A stretch of 57,336 bases of DNA, from the NCBI GenBank assembly GCA_023819035.1, contig JAMWCL010000002.1, positions 1 through 57,336 of the forward strand, written 5' to 3'. The translations under genes were made by a program, and so were the position numbers. Each line of letters starts with the position of its first letter. Positions within the stretch are counted from its first letter, which is position 1. The stretch is from Candidatus Omnitrophota bacterium. Its GTDB lineage: Bacteria > Omnitrophota > Gorgyraeia > Gygaellales > Profunditerraquicolaceae. A model generated the notes under the pieces. The model saw only the letters and a program-made list of their open reading frames with translations, ran no database searches and was not told where the DNA came from. Shown here piece by piece: positions 50,496 through 57,336 of this stretch.

Positions 50496-52124
50496 ATGGA
50501 TGAGAAAAATGATTATACATTAAAAAGTCAGAGCGAGGTTAATCCAGAATTAGATTTTGCCCTTTCTTTATGCCGGGATCTGGATTTACCCTTCTTTAAT
50601 CTATCCCACTACAGGATCCCCCCGGAGGTCTTATGGTTTATCCCGGAGGATATTGCTCGACATTTTAATATTATACCCCTGGCTAGGTTCGGTCTTGTAT
50701 TTACCATTGCGGTAAGCAATCCTTATGATATAGTTGCTTTTGATACCCTTCGCAATATCGCCAGTTTAATTCTTCAAATAGTAATAAGCACCCCTTCTCA
50801 GATTAAAAGGGCAATCGAAGAAAATTATACTGCCTTTAAAACTGAGGAGGCGGTTGTTGAGCAGGCAGATATAATTGAGGCAGCCGCAACCGAAACAGGG
50901 AAAGAAACTAAACCCGCAGGTGAGGTTTTTGAGATAGAAGACGCGGTGGAGCTAAGTCATAAGACCCAGATAGTGGAGATGGTAAATAATATTCTTATCG
51001 AAGCCCTAAAGCAACGTGCCTCGGATATACATATTGAGCCGTATCCAGATATATTAAGGATAAGATACCGTATTGATGGCGTTCTTCAAGAAAGGCAACC
51101 CCAGATAGAGAAAAAATATGAACGCGCCCTTATTGCCCGTCTTAAGATTATGTCAAAATTGGATATTACCCAAAAAAGGCTTCCTCAGGATGGAAGGATT
51201 TCCATAAGATTAGGTGCTAAAGATATAGACCTGCGTGTTTCGGTATTGCCTTTATCTACAGGTGAGAAGGTAGTCTTACGTATCCTTGAAAAAGGAAGCC
51301 TTCAGCTTGACCTGGAAAAATTGGGTTTTTCAGAATACTCCCTAAATGCCTTTAAAGAAGCAAGTGCACGGCCACATGGGATGATTATCATTACCGGTCC
51401 AACAGGAAGCGGAAAGTCAACTACCCTCTATGCTATCTTAAACCGCCTAAACAATATGGAAAAGAATATTATTACTATAGAAGATCCTGTAGAATATCAA
51501 ATGAAAGGGATTACTCAGATACAGGTTAAGACCGAGATAGGTCTTACCTTTGCCAATGTATTAAGGGCGGTCTTAAGACAGAATCCCGATATAGTAATGG
51601 TAGGAGAGATGCGCGATTTTGAGACCGCAGATATCGCCATAAAGGCAGCTTTAACCGGACACCTTATCTTAAGTACCTTACATACTAACGATGCTCCCAC
51701 TGCGATTGTGCGTTTAATGAATATGGGGATTGAGCCTTTTCTGATCGCCTCCACACTTAGCTTGGTAGCAGCCCAACGGCTCTGTAGAAAGATCTGCCCT
51801 GAATGTAAACAGCCTTACGAGATTCCCGTGGCTAATCTTTCGGGTTTACCTAAGGGTTTTAAGGAGCCAAAGGCAAGGTTCTGGCGAGGCAAGGGTTGTA
51901 AAAATTGTAATAATACCGGTTACTTTGGAAGGGTAGCGGTGGTAGAGGCATTGATGCTTGATGATACAATCCGCAAGATGGTCTTAGAAAAGGTCTCTAT
52001 AAGTAAGATCCGGGAATATGCCAGTCAAAAAGGGATGAAGTCTTTAAGGGAAGATGCCATGCATAAGGCGCTTTCGGGTGAGATTTCTCTAGAAGAGGTT
52101 CTCAGGGTAACCCCTGAGGAATAA
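50496..52124 (+). CDS. gspE: GspE/PilB-family ATPase (542 aa, with a T2SSE_N domain)
   Basis: VFTIAVSNPYD (N1), Walker A GPTGSGKSTT, NPDIVMVGEMRD, TGHLILSTLHTND, CPECK...CKNC. Confidence 0.9.
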   Translation: MDEKNDYTLKSQSEVNPELDFALSLCRDLDLPFFNLSHYRIPPEVLWFIPEDIARHFNIIPLARFGLVFTIAVSNPYDIVAFDTLRNIASLILQIVISTPSQIKRAIEENYTAFKTEEAVVEQADIIEAAATETGKETKPAGEVFEIEDAVELSHKTQIVEMVNNILIEALKQRASDIHIEPYPDILRIRYRIDGVLQERQPQIEKKYERALIARLKIMSKLDITQKRLPQDGRISIRLGAKDIDLRVSVLPLSTGEKVVLRILEKGSLQLDLEKLGFSEYSLNAFKEASARPHGMIIITGPTGSGKSTTLYAILNRLNNMEKNIITIEDPVEYQMKGITQIQVKTEIGLTFANVLRAVLRQNPDIVMVGEMRDFETADIAIKAALTGHLILSTLHTNDAPTAIVRLMNMGIEPFLIASTLSLVAAQRLCRKICPECKQPYEIPVANLSGLPKGFKEPKARFWRGKGCKNCNNTGYFGRVAVVEALMLDDTIRKMVLEKVSISKIREYASQKGMKSLREDAMHKALSGEISLEEVLRVTPEE

Positions 52125-52140
52125 AAAAGGAGTATAGATT

Positions 52141-53340
52141 ATGGCCTATTTCCGATATGAGATTGTTGATCACACAGGAAAAAAGATGAAGGGTATAATG
52201 GAAGCAAGGGACCGTGCCTCTTTAATTAATAGTTTTAAGAAAAGCCAATATGTGATTATAAGTTTAACCGAGATAAAGGAACTCTATACAAGAAAAAGGG
52301 CGAAGATAAAATTAGCAGATTTGGTTCTTTTTACTCGACAGTTAGCAGCTTTGATTAAAGCAGGGGTATCCCTCGTAAAGAGCTTAGATATACTTTTTGC
52401 TCAGGTAGAGAACCGCTATTTAAAGGAGGTTATCTCTTCGATGACTGCCCGCATTCAGGCAGGAGCAAGCCTTTCCGGAGCAATGGCGACTTATCCCGAG
52501 ATATTCTCCTCCTTATATCTAAATATGATTAAGGCAGGTGAATTTAGTGGTTCTTTAGATGTAGTTTTAGAGAGATTGGCAAGTTATCTAGAAGGAATGA
52601 TTAAACTTGCTCGTAAGGTAAAATCAGCAATGATCTATCCTGCGGTGGTTATCACGGTAGCGATGCTTATTACCGCGGTAATCTTTTTAAAAGTAATCCC
52701 GGGCTTTGAAGAGATATTCTCTTCTTTACAAGCCCGCCTTCCTATTCCTACCCGTATCGCCCTTAGGATTAGTCGATTCTTCCGGGAAAATCTTCTCTAT
52801 ATTTTAGGAGGTCTTATTATTCTTATTGGAGCCTTAAGGGGTATAATCCACCTACCCAAGATACGCCTGTTTCTAGATAGATCTGCACTTAAAGCTCCGG
52901 TAGTAGGAAGGATTATTCGTAAGGTAGTAATTGCCAGGTTTACCCGCACATTGTCCACCTTGGTAAAGAGTGGTATCTCCATCATCCCTGCGATAGAGAC
53001 CTCGGCTAAGACCTCAGGAAATATAGTGGTAGAGCAGGCGCTAAACAAGATAGCTAATAAGGTAAGTAAGGGTGAGAAGATCGCGGATTCCATGGCAGAG
53101 TATGAGATCTTTTCTCCCATGGTAATTAATCTCATTGGCGTAGGTGAGGAGACGGGTGATATCTCTACGATGTTAGATAAGGTTGCCTCTTTCTATGAGG
53201 AGGAGGTAGATGTGGCGGTTTCCAATCTAACCTCTTTGATTGAACCCTTTATCATTGTCTTTTTAGGGGTTATCATCGGTGGAATCGTCTTAGCAATGTT
53301 CTTACCCATCTTACAGATCACCCAAATCATTGGAAGGTAA
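52141..53340 (+). CDS. gspF: GspF/PilC-family platform protein
   Basis: 399 aa with two T2SSF repeats (FTRQLAALIKAGVSLVKSL; FTRTLSTLVKSGISIIPA) and three TM segments. Confidence 0.9.
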   Translation: MAYFRYEIVDHTGKKMKGIMEARDRASLINSFKKSQYVIISLTEIKELYTRKRAKIKLADLVLFTRQLAALIKAGVSLVKSLDILFAQVENRYLKEVISSMTARIQAGASLSGAMATYPEIFSSLYLNMIKAGEFSGSLDVVLERLASYLEGMIKLARKVKSAMIYPAVVITVAMLITAVIFLKVIPGFEEIFSSLQARLPIPTRIALRISRFFRENLLYILGGLIILIGALRGIIHLPKIRLFLDRSALKAPVVGRIIRKVVIARFTRTLSTLVKSGISIIPAIETSAKTSGNIVVEQALNKIANKVSKGEKIADSMAEYEIFSPMVINLIGVGEETGDISTMLDKVASFYEEEVDVAVSNLTSLIEPFIIVFLGVIIGGIVLAMFLPILQITQIIGR

Positions 53341-53994
53341 AGGTTCGAAGCGATAACCTAATCCATGGATGGTAAAGATATAGTTCTTTCCCAGTTTCTT
53401 ACGTAAGGATAAGATATGTGTATCCACTGTTCTGGTAGAAGGAAGGGTATGGTAGCCCCAAACCTGTTCTAAAAGTTCTTTGCGCGAGACCACCTTACCT
53501 TTATGGGAGACAAGGAAACGCAGTAACTTGAACTCTAAGAGCGATAACTTAATAGGTTTATTTTTCTTAAAGGCTTTATATCTTTTAAAATCTATCTCTA
53601 ACAATTTATCCTTGTAGCTTTCTACCCAAGAAGCCTCCTTTCTTCTCAGCACCGCCTTGATCCTTGCTTTAAGCTCCTCCAGGCTAAAAGGCTTGGTTAT
53701 ATAGTCATCCGCGCCCAATTCTAATCCCTTGACCTTATCTACTATCTGATTACGCGCGGTAAGTATAATGATAGAAGAGTCTACACCCTTTTCTTTTATC
53801 TGTTGACAGATTTTAAATCCATCTATATCAGGCAGGATAATGTCTAAAAGGATCAGATGTGGCTCTTGCCTTAAGGCAAGTTCAAGCCCGGTTTTTCCGT
53901 TAGTCGCCTCAAAGACTATAAAGTCCTTAGAAAGCTCGTCCTTAAGACCTAATAGTATCGCTGGTTCATCCTCGATTATTAAGAGTTTATACAT
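53311..53994 (-). CDS. OmpR/PhoB-family DNA-binding response regulator
   Basis: MYKLLIIEDEP, LILLDIILPDIDG, ITKPF, and a winged-helix C terminus (TRTVDTHILSLRKKL...GLGYRF). The Met at 53994 overlaps the kinase stop by 8 nt; the track ORF extends to 54060. Confidence 0.88.
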   Translation of the reverse strand: MYKLLIIEDEPAILLGLKDELSKDFIVFEATNGKTGLELALRQEPHLILLDIILPDIDGFKICQQIKEKGVDSSIIILTARNQIVDKVKGLELGADDYITKPFSLEELKARIKAVLRRKEASWVESYKDKLLEIDFKRYKAFKKNKPIKLSLLEFKLLRFLVSHKGKVVSRKELLEQVWGYHTLPSTRTVDTHILSLRKKLGKNYIFTIHGLGYRFEPLPSNDLGDL

Positions 53995-54955
53995 CGATAA
54001 TCTTGTGTTGAATGGGTAAGATAATCTTAAAAATAGTTCCTTTATCCTTCTGGCTTTCAAACTCTATTCTTCCATTATGCGCCCGTACGATCTGCTGGCT
54101 TAAAGCCAGACCCAGTCCTGTACCCTTTCCTTTATGATAAAATGGCTCAAAGATCCTTTTCTTTTCCTCTTCCTTTATGCCCGGCCCCTCATCCCTTACC
54201 TCAATAAATACCTCTTTCTCGTCTCCATAGAGGTTTATGGTTACCCTTCCTTCCTTGGGAGAAAACTTTAATGCATTATCTAAAAGGTTAAGGAATGCAC
54301 GACAGATTGCTTCCTTATCTAAATAGAGTTTAAGCGCTACCGCTAAAGATATGTTTATCTCTAATACACAGTCTGGCCTTAAGACCTTTATTGGATAGTT
54401 ATCAATCGCCTCTTTAATTACTGAGATTAAATCCACTTTTTCAAAATTATATTTTTCCTTTCCTTCCTGCAAACGAGAGAAATCCAGAATATTTTCAATA
54501 AGATGGCTGAGTCGGTAACTCTGGGTAAGAATAATATTAAGATATTCCTTCTGTTTATCTAATTCCTCAGGGCTAAGCCTGGTTAATCTTTCTGCAAGCA
54601 GGCGGATAGAGGTAAGGGGGGTCTTTAATTCATGCGAGACAACTGAAACAAATTCATTTTTTAGTTTAGTCAGTTCTAATTCCCTTTGGATATTCTTACT
54701 ACTTAATAGGCTGGCAATGATTAAGATTAAGATTAAAGAAAATACAATCATACTGAAGGAAAATATGCCTATTTTACTTAAGAAACTAAGCCAACCTGCT
54801 TCAGGTAAAGATCCCGCAGGGATATTTTTTAATAAATAATTAATAAGGTTATATTGTCTATGCAATGCCCAGATCGCCAGGATACTTAAGATGATACTGG
54901 GAATAATTACTGCGGACAGATATATATCGATTTTTTTTTCTCTCCAGGATTTCAT
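53987..54955 (-). CDS. Membrane sensor histidine kinase (2 TM, short loop, HisKA + HATPase_c)
   Basis: H-box FVSVVSHELKTPL, N-box LLDNALKFS, DEGPGI, GTGLGLAL. Confidence 0.88.
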   Translation of the reverse strand: MKSWREKKIDIYLSAVIIPSIILSILAIWALHRQYNLINYLLKNIPAGSLPEAGWLSFLSKIGIFSFSMIVFSLILILIIASLLSSKNIQRELELTKLKNEFVSVVSHELKTPLTSIRLLAERLTRLSPEELDKQKEYLNIILTQSYRLSHLIENILDFSRLQEGKEKYNFEKVDLISVIKEAIDNYPIKVLRPDCVLEINISLAVALKLYLDKEAICRAFLNLLDNALKFSPKEGRVTINLYGDEKEVFIEVRDEGPGIKEEEKKRIFEPFYHKGKGTGLGLALSQQIVRAHNGRIEFESQKDKGTIFKIILPIQHKIIDV

Positions 54956-54990
54956 ATCTTTACTTTATAATTTATCATATTAAAATTTTG

Positions 54991-55029
54991 TTGTAAAGGA
55001 AATATTAAGATTGTAAAAAGATTGTAAAA
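54991..55029. promoter_or_regulatory. Direct-repeat candidate operator in the divergent kinase/pseudopilin intergenic region
   Basis: AGATTGTAAAA occurs at 55008-55018 and again at 55019-55029 (11-bp period), with a third TTGTAAA at 54991-54997. Confidence 0.35.
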
Positions 55030-55102
55030 CCTCTTTTATCGATATTGTTTTTATAAGGATAATAAGATATACTTATTTTGGAACTCATCGGAAGGAGAGG
55101 TT

Positions 55103-55603
55103 ATGAAAAAGAACGCAGGTTTTACCTTAGTAGAGGTATTAGTTGCGGGAAGCCTCCTGGCGGTTGCTACCCTTGGCGCATTGAGTCTGTTTGGTTATTT
55201 TTTATCTTCTTCCGAATTCTCAAACAATCTAACTTGCGCTTTATATGAGGCACATCAACAAATGGAGAATTTATCTCGCTTTGCTTATACAGTGATAAGG
55301 GATGGAGGTACAGAAGGAGGGGTTAGTTTACCTGCTTACACCAATAACGGCCAAAAAAGAGAAACCCCTTTTATATTGACCAATCTTAATGGAAGTGGCA
55401 CCGTTTATGCTGAGGAGTTACCTCCTACACCGAGAACATTAATGCGGATAAAGTTAGTGGTTTGTTTTCGTCAGGGTCAAAGGGTGATTGGTGAGGATTC
55501 AAATTTAAATGGCCGTTTAGACGCTGGAGAGGATGTTAATGGTAATGGTGAGTTGGATTCACCTATAAGTATTGAAAAGGTAATAGTAAATAGGTTGATC
55601 TAA
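55103..55603 (+). CDS. Type IV pilin-like / pseudopilin protein with an Asp/Asn/Gly-rich C-terminal tail
   Basis: Prepilin N terminus KKNAGFTLVEVLVAGSLLAV. Tail: DSNLNGRLDAGEDVNGNGELD. SD GGAAGGAGAGG. Confidence 0.75.
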   Translation: MKKNAGFTLVEVLVAGSLLAVATLGALSLFGYFLSSSEFSNNLTCALYEAHQQMENLSRFAYTVIRDGGTEGGVSLPAYTNNGQKRETPFILTNLNGSGTVYAEELPPTPRTLMRIKLVVCFRQGQRVIGEDSNLNGRLDAGEDVNGNGELDSPISIEKVIVNRLI

Positions 55604-55604
55604 A

Positions 55605-56273
55605 ATGCGAAAAAGAGGTTTTACCTTAATTGAAACATTGGTGACGGTAGGGATTATGACCATAATTATAGGAACATTCTTTGAGACGGTTACCCTTGCA
55701 CAAAGATCCTGGATATTTGGCCAAGCAAGGTTATTAACCCAAGAGACAGCTCGCTTAGCTATGGATGCGATGGTAAAGGAGTTAAGACTGGCTAACTTCG
55801 TAAACATAGCCGATAATCACACAGTAAGATTTAGGGTGCCCGTAGATACCGATGGAGACAATTTTCTTGATGTGGATAATGTGGGAAGGCTCATCTACGG
55901 TGCAGATGGAACCGCCAATTATCAGATCCAGTATCTTATTGATTGTCAGAGTGGCCGACTTTTACGTCGGGTATTGGATGCAGGCGGAAATCTTATAAGA
56001 GAAAGGGTCTTGGCAAATAATGTTAACCCTAACCAAAGCTCTTTTACTACCGAGACCGCAGGTATAGGTATAACCAATGTAGGGATAAATATAATTATAA
56101 CTACCGAGATAAATAACCCTGGTTTTGCGAATATAAATTTCACTAACCCTGTCTGTCCGCTCTGCAAAGGAGCGCTGAATGAGCAGGGTGGTAGATATGT
56201 TTGTGTTAAATGTGGAAGGACTTATCCCATAATTCGCACCAACTTAAGTACCTTTGTTTTATTTAGAAATTAA
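55605..56273 (+). CDS. Type IV pilin-like / pseudopilin protein with a C-terminal CxxC-x12-CxxC zinc-ribbon-like tail
   Basis: Prepilin N terminus RKRGFTLIETLVTVGIMTII. C terminus: CPLCKGALNEQGGRYVCVKCGRTYPI. Confidence 0.75.
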   Translation: MRKRGFTLIETLVTVGIMTIIIGTFFETVTLAQRSWIFGQARLLTQETARLAMDAMVKELRLANFVNIADNHTVRFRVPVDTDGDNFLDVDNVGRLIYGADGTANYQIQYLIDCQSGRLLRRVLDAGGNLIRERVLANNVNPNQSSFTTETAGIGITNVGINIIITTEINNPGFANINFTNPVCPLCKGALNEQGGRYVCVKCGRTYPIIRTNLSTFVLFRN

Positions 56274-56286
56274 AAAGGAGGTTAAG

Positions 56287-57336
56287 ATGATTCCGCTTAA
56301 TAAATCTAATAAAGAAAAAGGCATGGTTTTAATCCTTACCTTCCTGGTAGCAAGTATTCTTTTAATTTTCACCGCTGGTTTTTTCTTACGGGCATTGAAT
56401 GAGCGCAGGTTAATTAATCTGCGCATGGAGACGGAAAGGGCGCTTCAGAATGCGGAAAAAGGAATAGCTTATGCCTACTTTGAATCTGCCCAAGAAGGAT
56501 GGACCTGGTTTACCCATCAATGGAATAATGGATTAGGAAGGCCCCAACCTTTGGCTTCTCCTCCTTCAGCTAACCGTAGCGATGTTCATTTTGTTTCAGT
56601 CAGTGATGATCCCTGCGGATTTCTTAAGGATGGAGAGTCCGGATCCAATCCTACCGCTGACCCTGATTATGGTTGTTATGCTGCTAATGATTGCACATTT
56701 GTTTTAAAGACATTCTCTGATCCTTTAGTAAAGAATATGACGGTAGTGCGGGTAAAAGGAATAAGCGGAAATGTGGTACGCACATTAGAATATCGGATAA
56801 GTAGATCAGCGATTTATGATTATGCCTGGTGGACAAATTATGACTTAAGGCTCAACAGTATAGGAGGCTATGTTAACGGTGGACGCATTCATGCCAATGG
56901 CAATATCTTTATGGAGAGCTGGATACGTCTACTTGGTGTAGATACAATCAGCACAGGCAAGGATAAAGGTATATACTATGCATGGAGTAATTATTATGCT
57001 CCCGGTTATTACGACTGGTATATAGATGGCAGTAGTAATATCAATGGTAGAATCCCCCTGCCTTCTTTAGAAAAAGCGAATGTTTTTTTAGGAGGATCTG
57101 CATATGTAAAAAGTTGGGCAGGTACAACCGCGGATTTACCAATTACTACGCAGGCTCCTTGGGTATATTTGGATAATAATATATATAAATACCGTGGATT
57201 TGCCTGGGAGTATGGTGTCTCTAGTGAGTCAGCGTGGCCACCGGGATGGATTTTAGATGAGGAGTTTCGTTTTTACGGAGATAGCGATCCAATTAATAAT
57301 ACAAAAGCTAACCGATACTCTTGGGTGAGCGGGACG
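56287..57336 (+). CDS. PilX-N-like large pilus-associated protein, 3'-truncated by the window edge (not in the ORF track)
   Basis: My own translation from the ATG at 56287 (SD AAGGAGG at ~56275) has no stop through 57336 (350 codons): MIPLNKSNKEKGMVLILTFLVASILLIFTAGFFLRALNERRL... It has a PilX-type N-terminal hydrophobic segment without the G/F cleavage motif. Confidence 0.65.
   Translation, partial: MIPLNKSNKEKGMVLILTFLVASILLIFTAGFFLRALNERRLINLRMETERALQNAEKGIAYAYFESAQEGWTWFTHQWNNGLGRPQPLASPPSANRSDVHFVSVSDDPCGFLKDGESGSNPTADPDYGCYAANDCTFVLKTFSDPLVKNMTVVRVKGISGNVVRTLEYRISRSAIYDYAWWTNYDLRLNSIGGYVNGGRIHANGNIFMESWIRLLGVDTISTGKDKGIYYAWSNYYAPGYYDWYIDGSSNINGRIPLPSLEKANVFLGGSAYVKSWAGTTADLPITTQAPWVYLDNNIYKYRGFAWEYGVSSESAWPPGWILDEEFRFYGDSDPINNTKANRYSWVSGT

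Noticed and set aside
18752-51754. Recurrent antisense ORFs inside each GspE gene (18752-19066, 27237-27761, 49551-49790, 51515-51754) and inside other CDS (e.g. 22669-22977, 28424-28777, 38891-39328, 44194-44781, 52797-53135)
   Set aside because: They recur because the conserved ATPase core is stop-poor on the reverse strand. All lie fully within well-supported genes.
12329-55102. tRNA, rRNA or other structured RNA genes in the intergenic regions (12329-12432, 36960-37062, 47643-47724, 48721-48793, 54956-55102)
   Set aside because: These spacers are AT-rich and promoter-like. I could not fold a cloverleaf or find conserved tRNA boxes (GTTCxAxTC). This is not definitive without tRNAscan or Infernal.
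55040-55102. Possible sigma54 (-24 GG / -12 GC) promoter upstream of the pseudopilin gene (TTGGAACTCATCGGAAGG)
   Set aside because: The spacing does not place a GC at the -12 position relative to the GG, and no sigma54-type enhancer-binding protein is present in the window.

Overview
Gene-dense, AT-rich bacterial window with 51 supportable CDS, 49 of them on the + strand. I found no rRNA, tRNA, CRISPR array, transposase or integrase.

Layout:
(1) nt 2-12328: the 3' part of a giant (>4,100 aa) tail-anchored surface protein. It is built from ~100-aa Ig-like modules, runs off the 5' window edge, and contains an apparently nucleotide-perfect 2,217-bp (seven-module) tandem duplication.
(2) 12433-17317: an atypical F-type ATPase operon in the order epsilon, c, b/delta fusion, alpha, gamma, beta. 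It has no a subunit, and its c subunit has no membrane carboxylate (Gln where the ion-binding Glu should be).
(3) 17329-21143: apparently co-transcribed with the ATPase operon. It encodes a stand-alone MshEN-type c-di-GMP sensor, a GspE/PilB ATPase with a C-terminal PilZ domain, and a GspF/PilC platform protein.
(4) 21193-29773: a signalling island with 2 histidine kinases, 7 REC proteins (one REC-PilZ, one REC-REC) and a third GspE ATPase embedded among the REC genes.
(5) 29792-35992: a secreted HExxH peptidase, then GspG, two minor pseudopilins, GspK, a PilM-PilN fusion, PilO/GspM, an unknown protein and a DUF1573-like protein. There is no secretin and no prepilin peptidase.
(6) 35994-48720: housekeeping genes (htpX, rplU, obg, proBA, nadD, rpe, phosphohexomutase, plsC, rpsA, tyrS, an unknown repeat protein, gmd).
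(7) 48794-57336: a second pilus/secretion module. It has a stand-alone MshEN sensor, an N-domain-less GspE, a full GspE and GspF, then an OmpR-type two-component pair on the - strand, two odd pseudopilins and a large PilX-like protein that runs off the 3' edge.

The most interesting hypothesis is that the a-less, carboxylate-less F1-like ATPase works as an ATP-driven device. It is linked by transcription to a c-di-GMP-gated T2SS/T4P-like machine and sits next to the giant surface protein. The overall gene content resembles uncultivated lineages such as Omnitrophota, but that is inference only. All family calls come from motif reading by eye and need HMM or BLAST confirmation.
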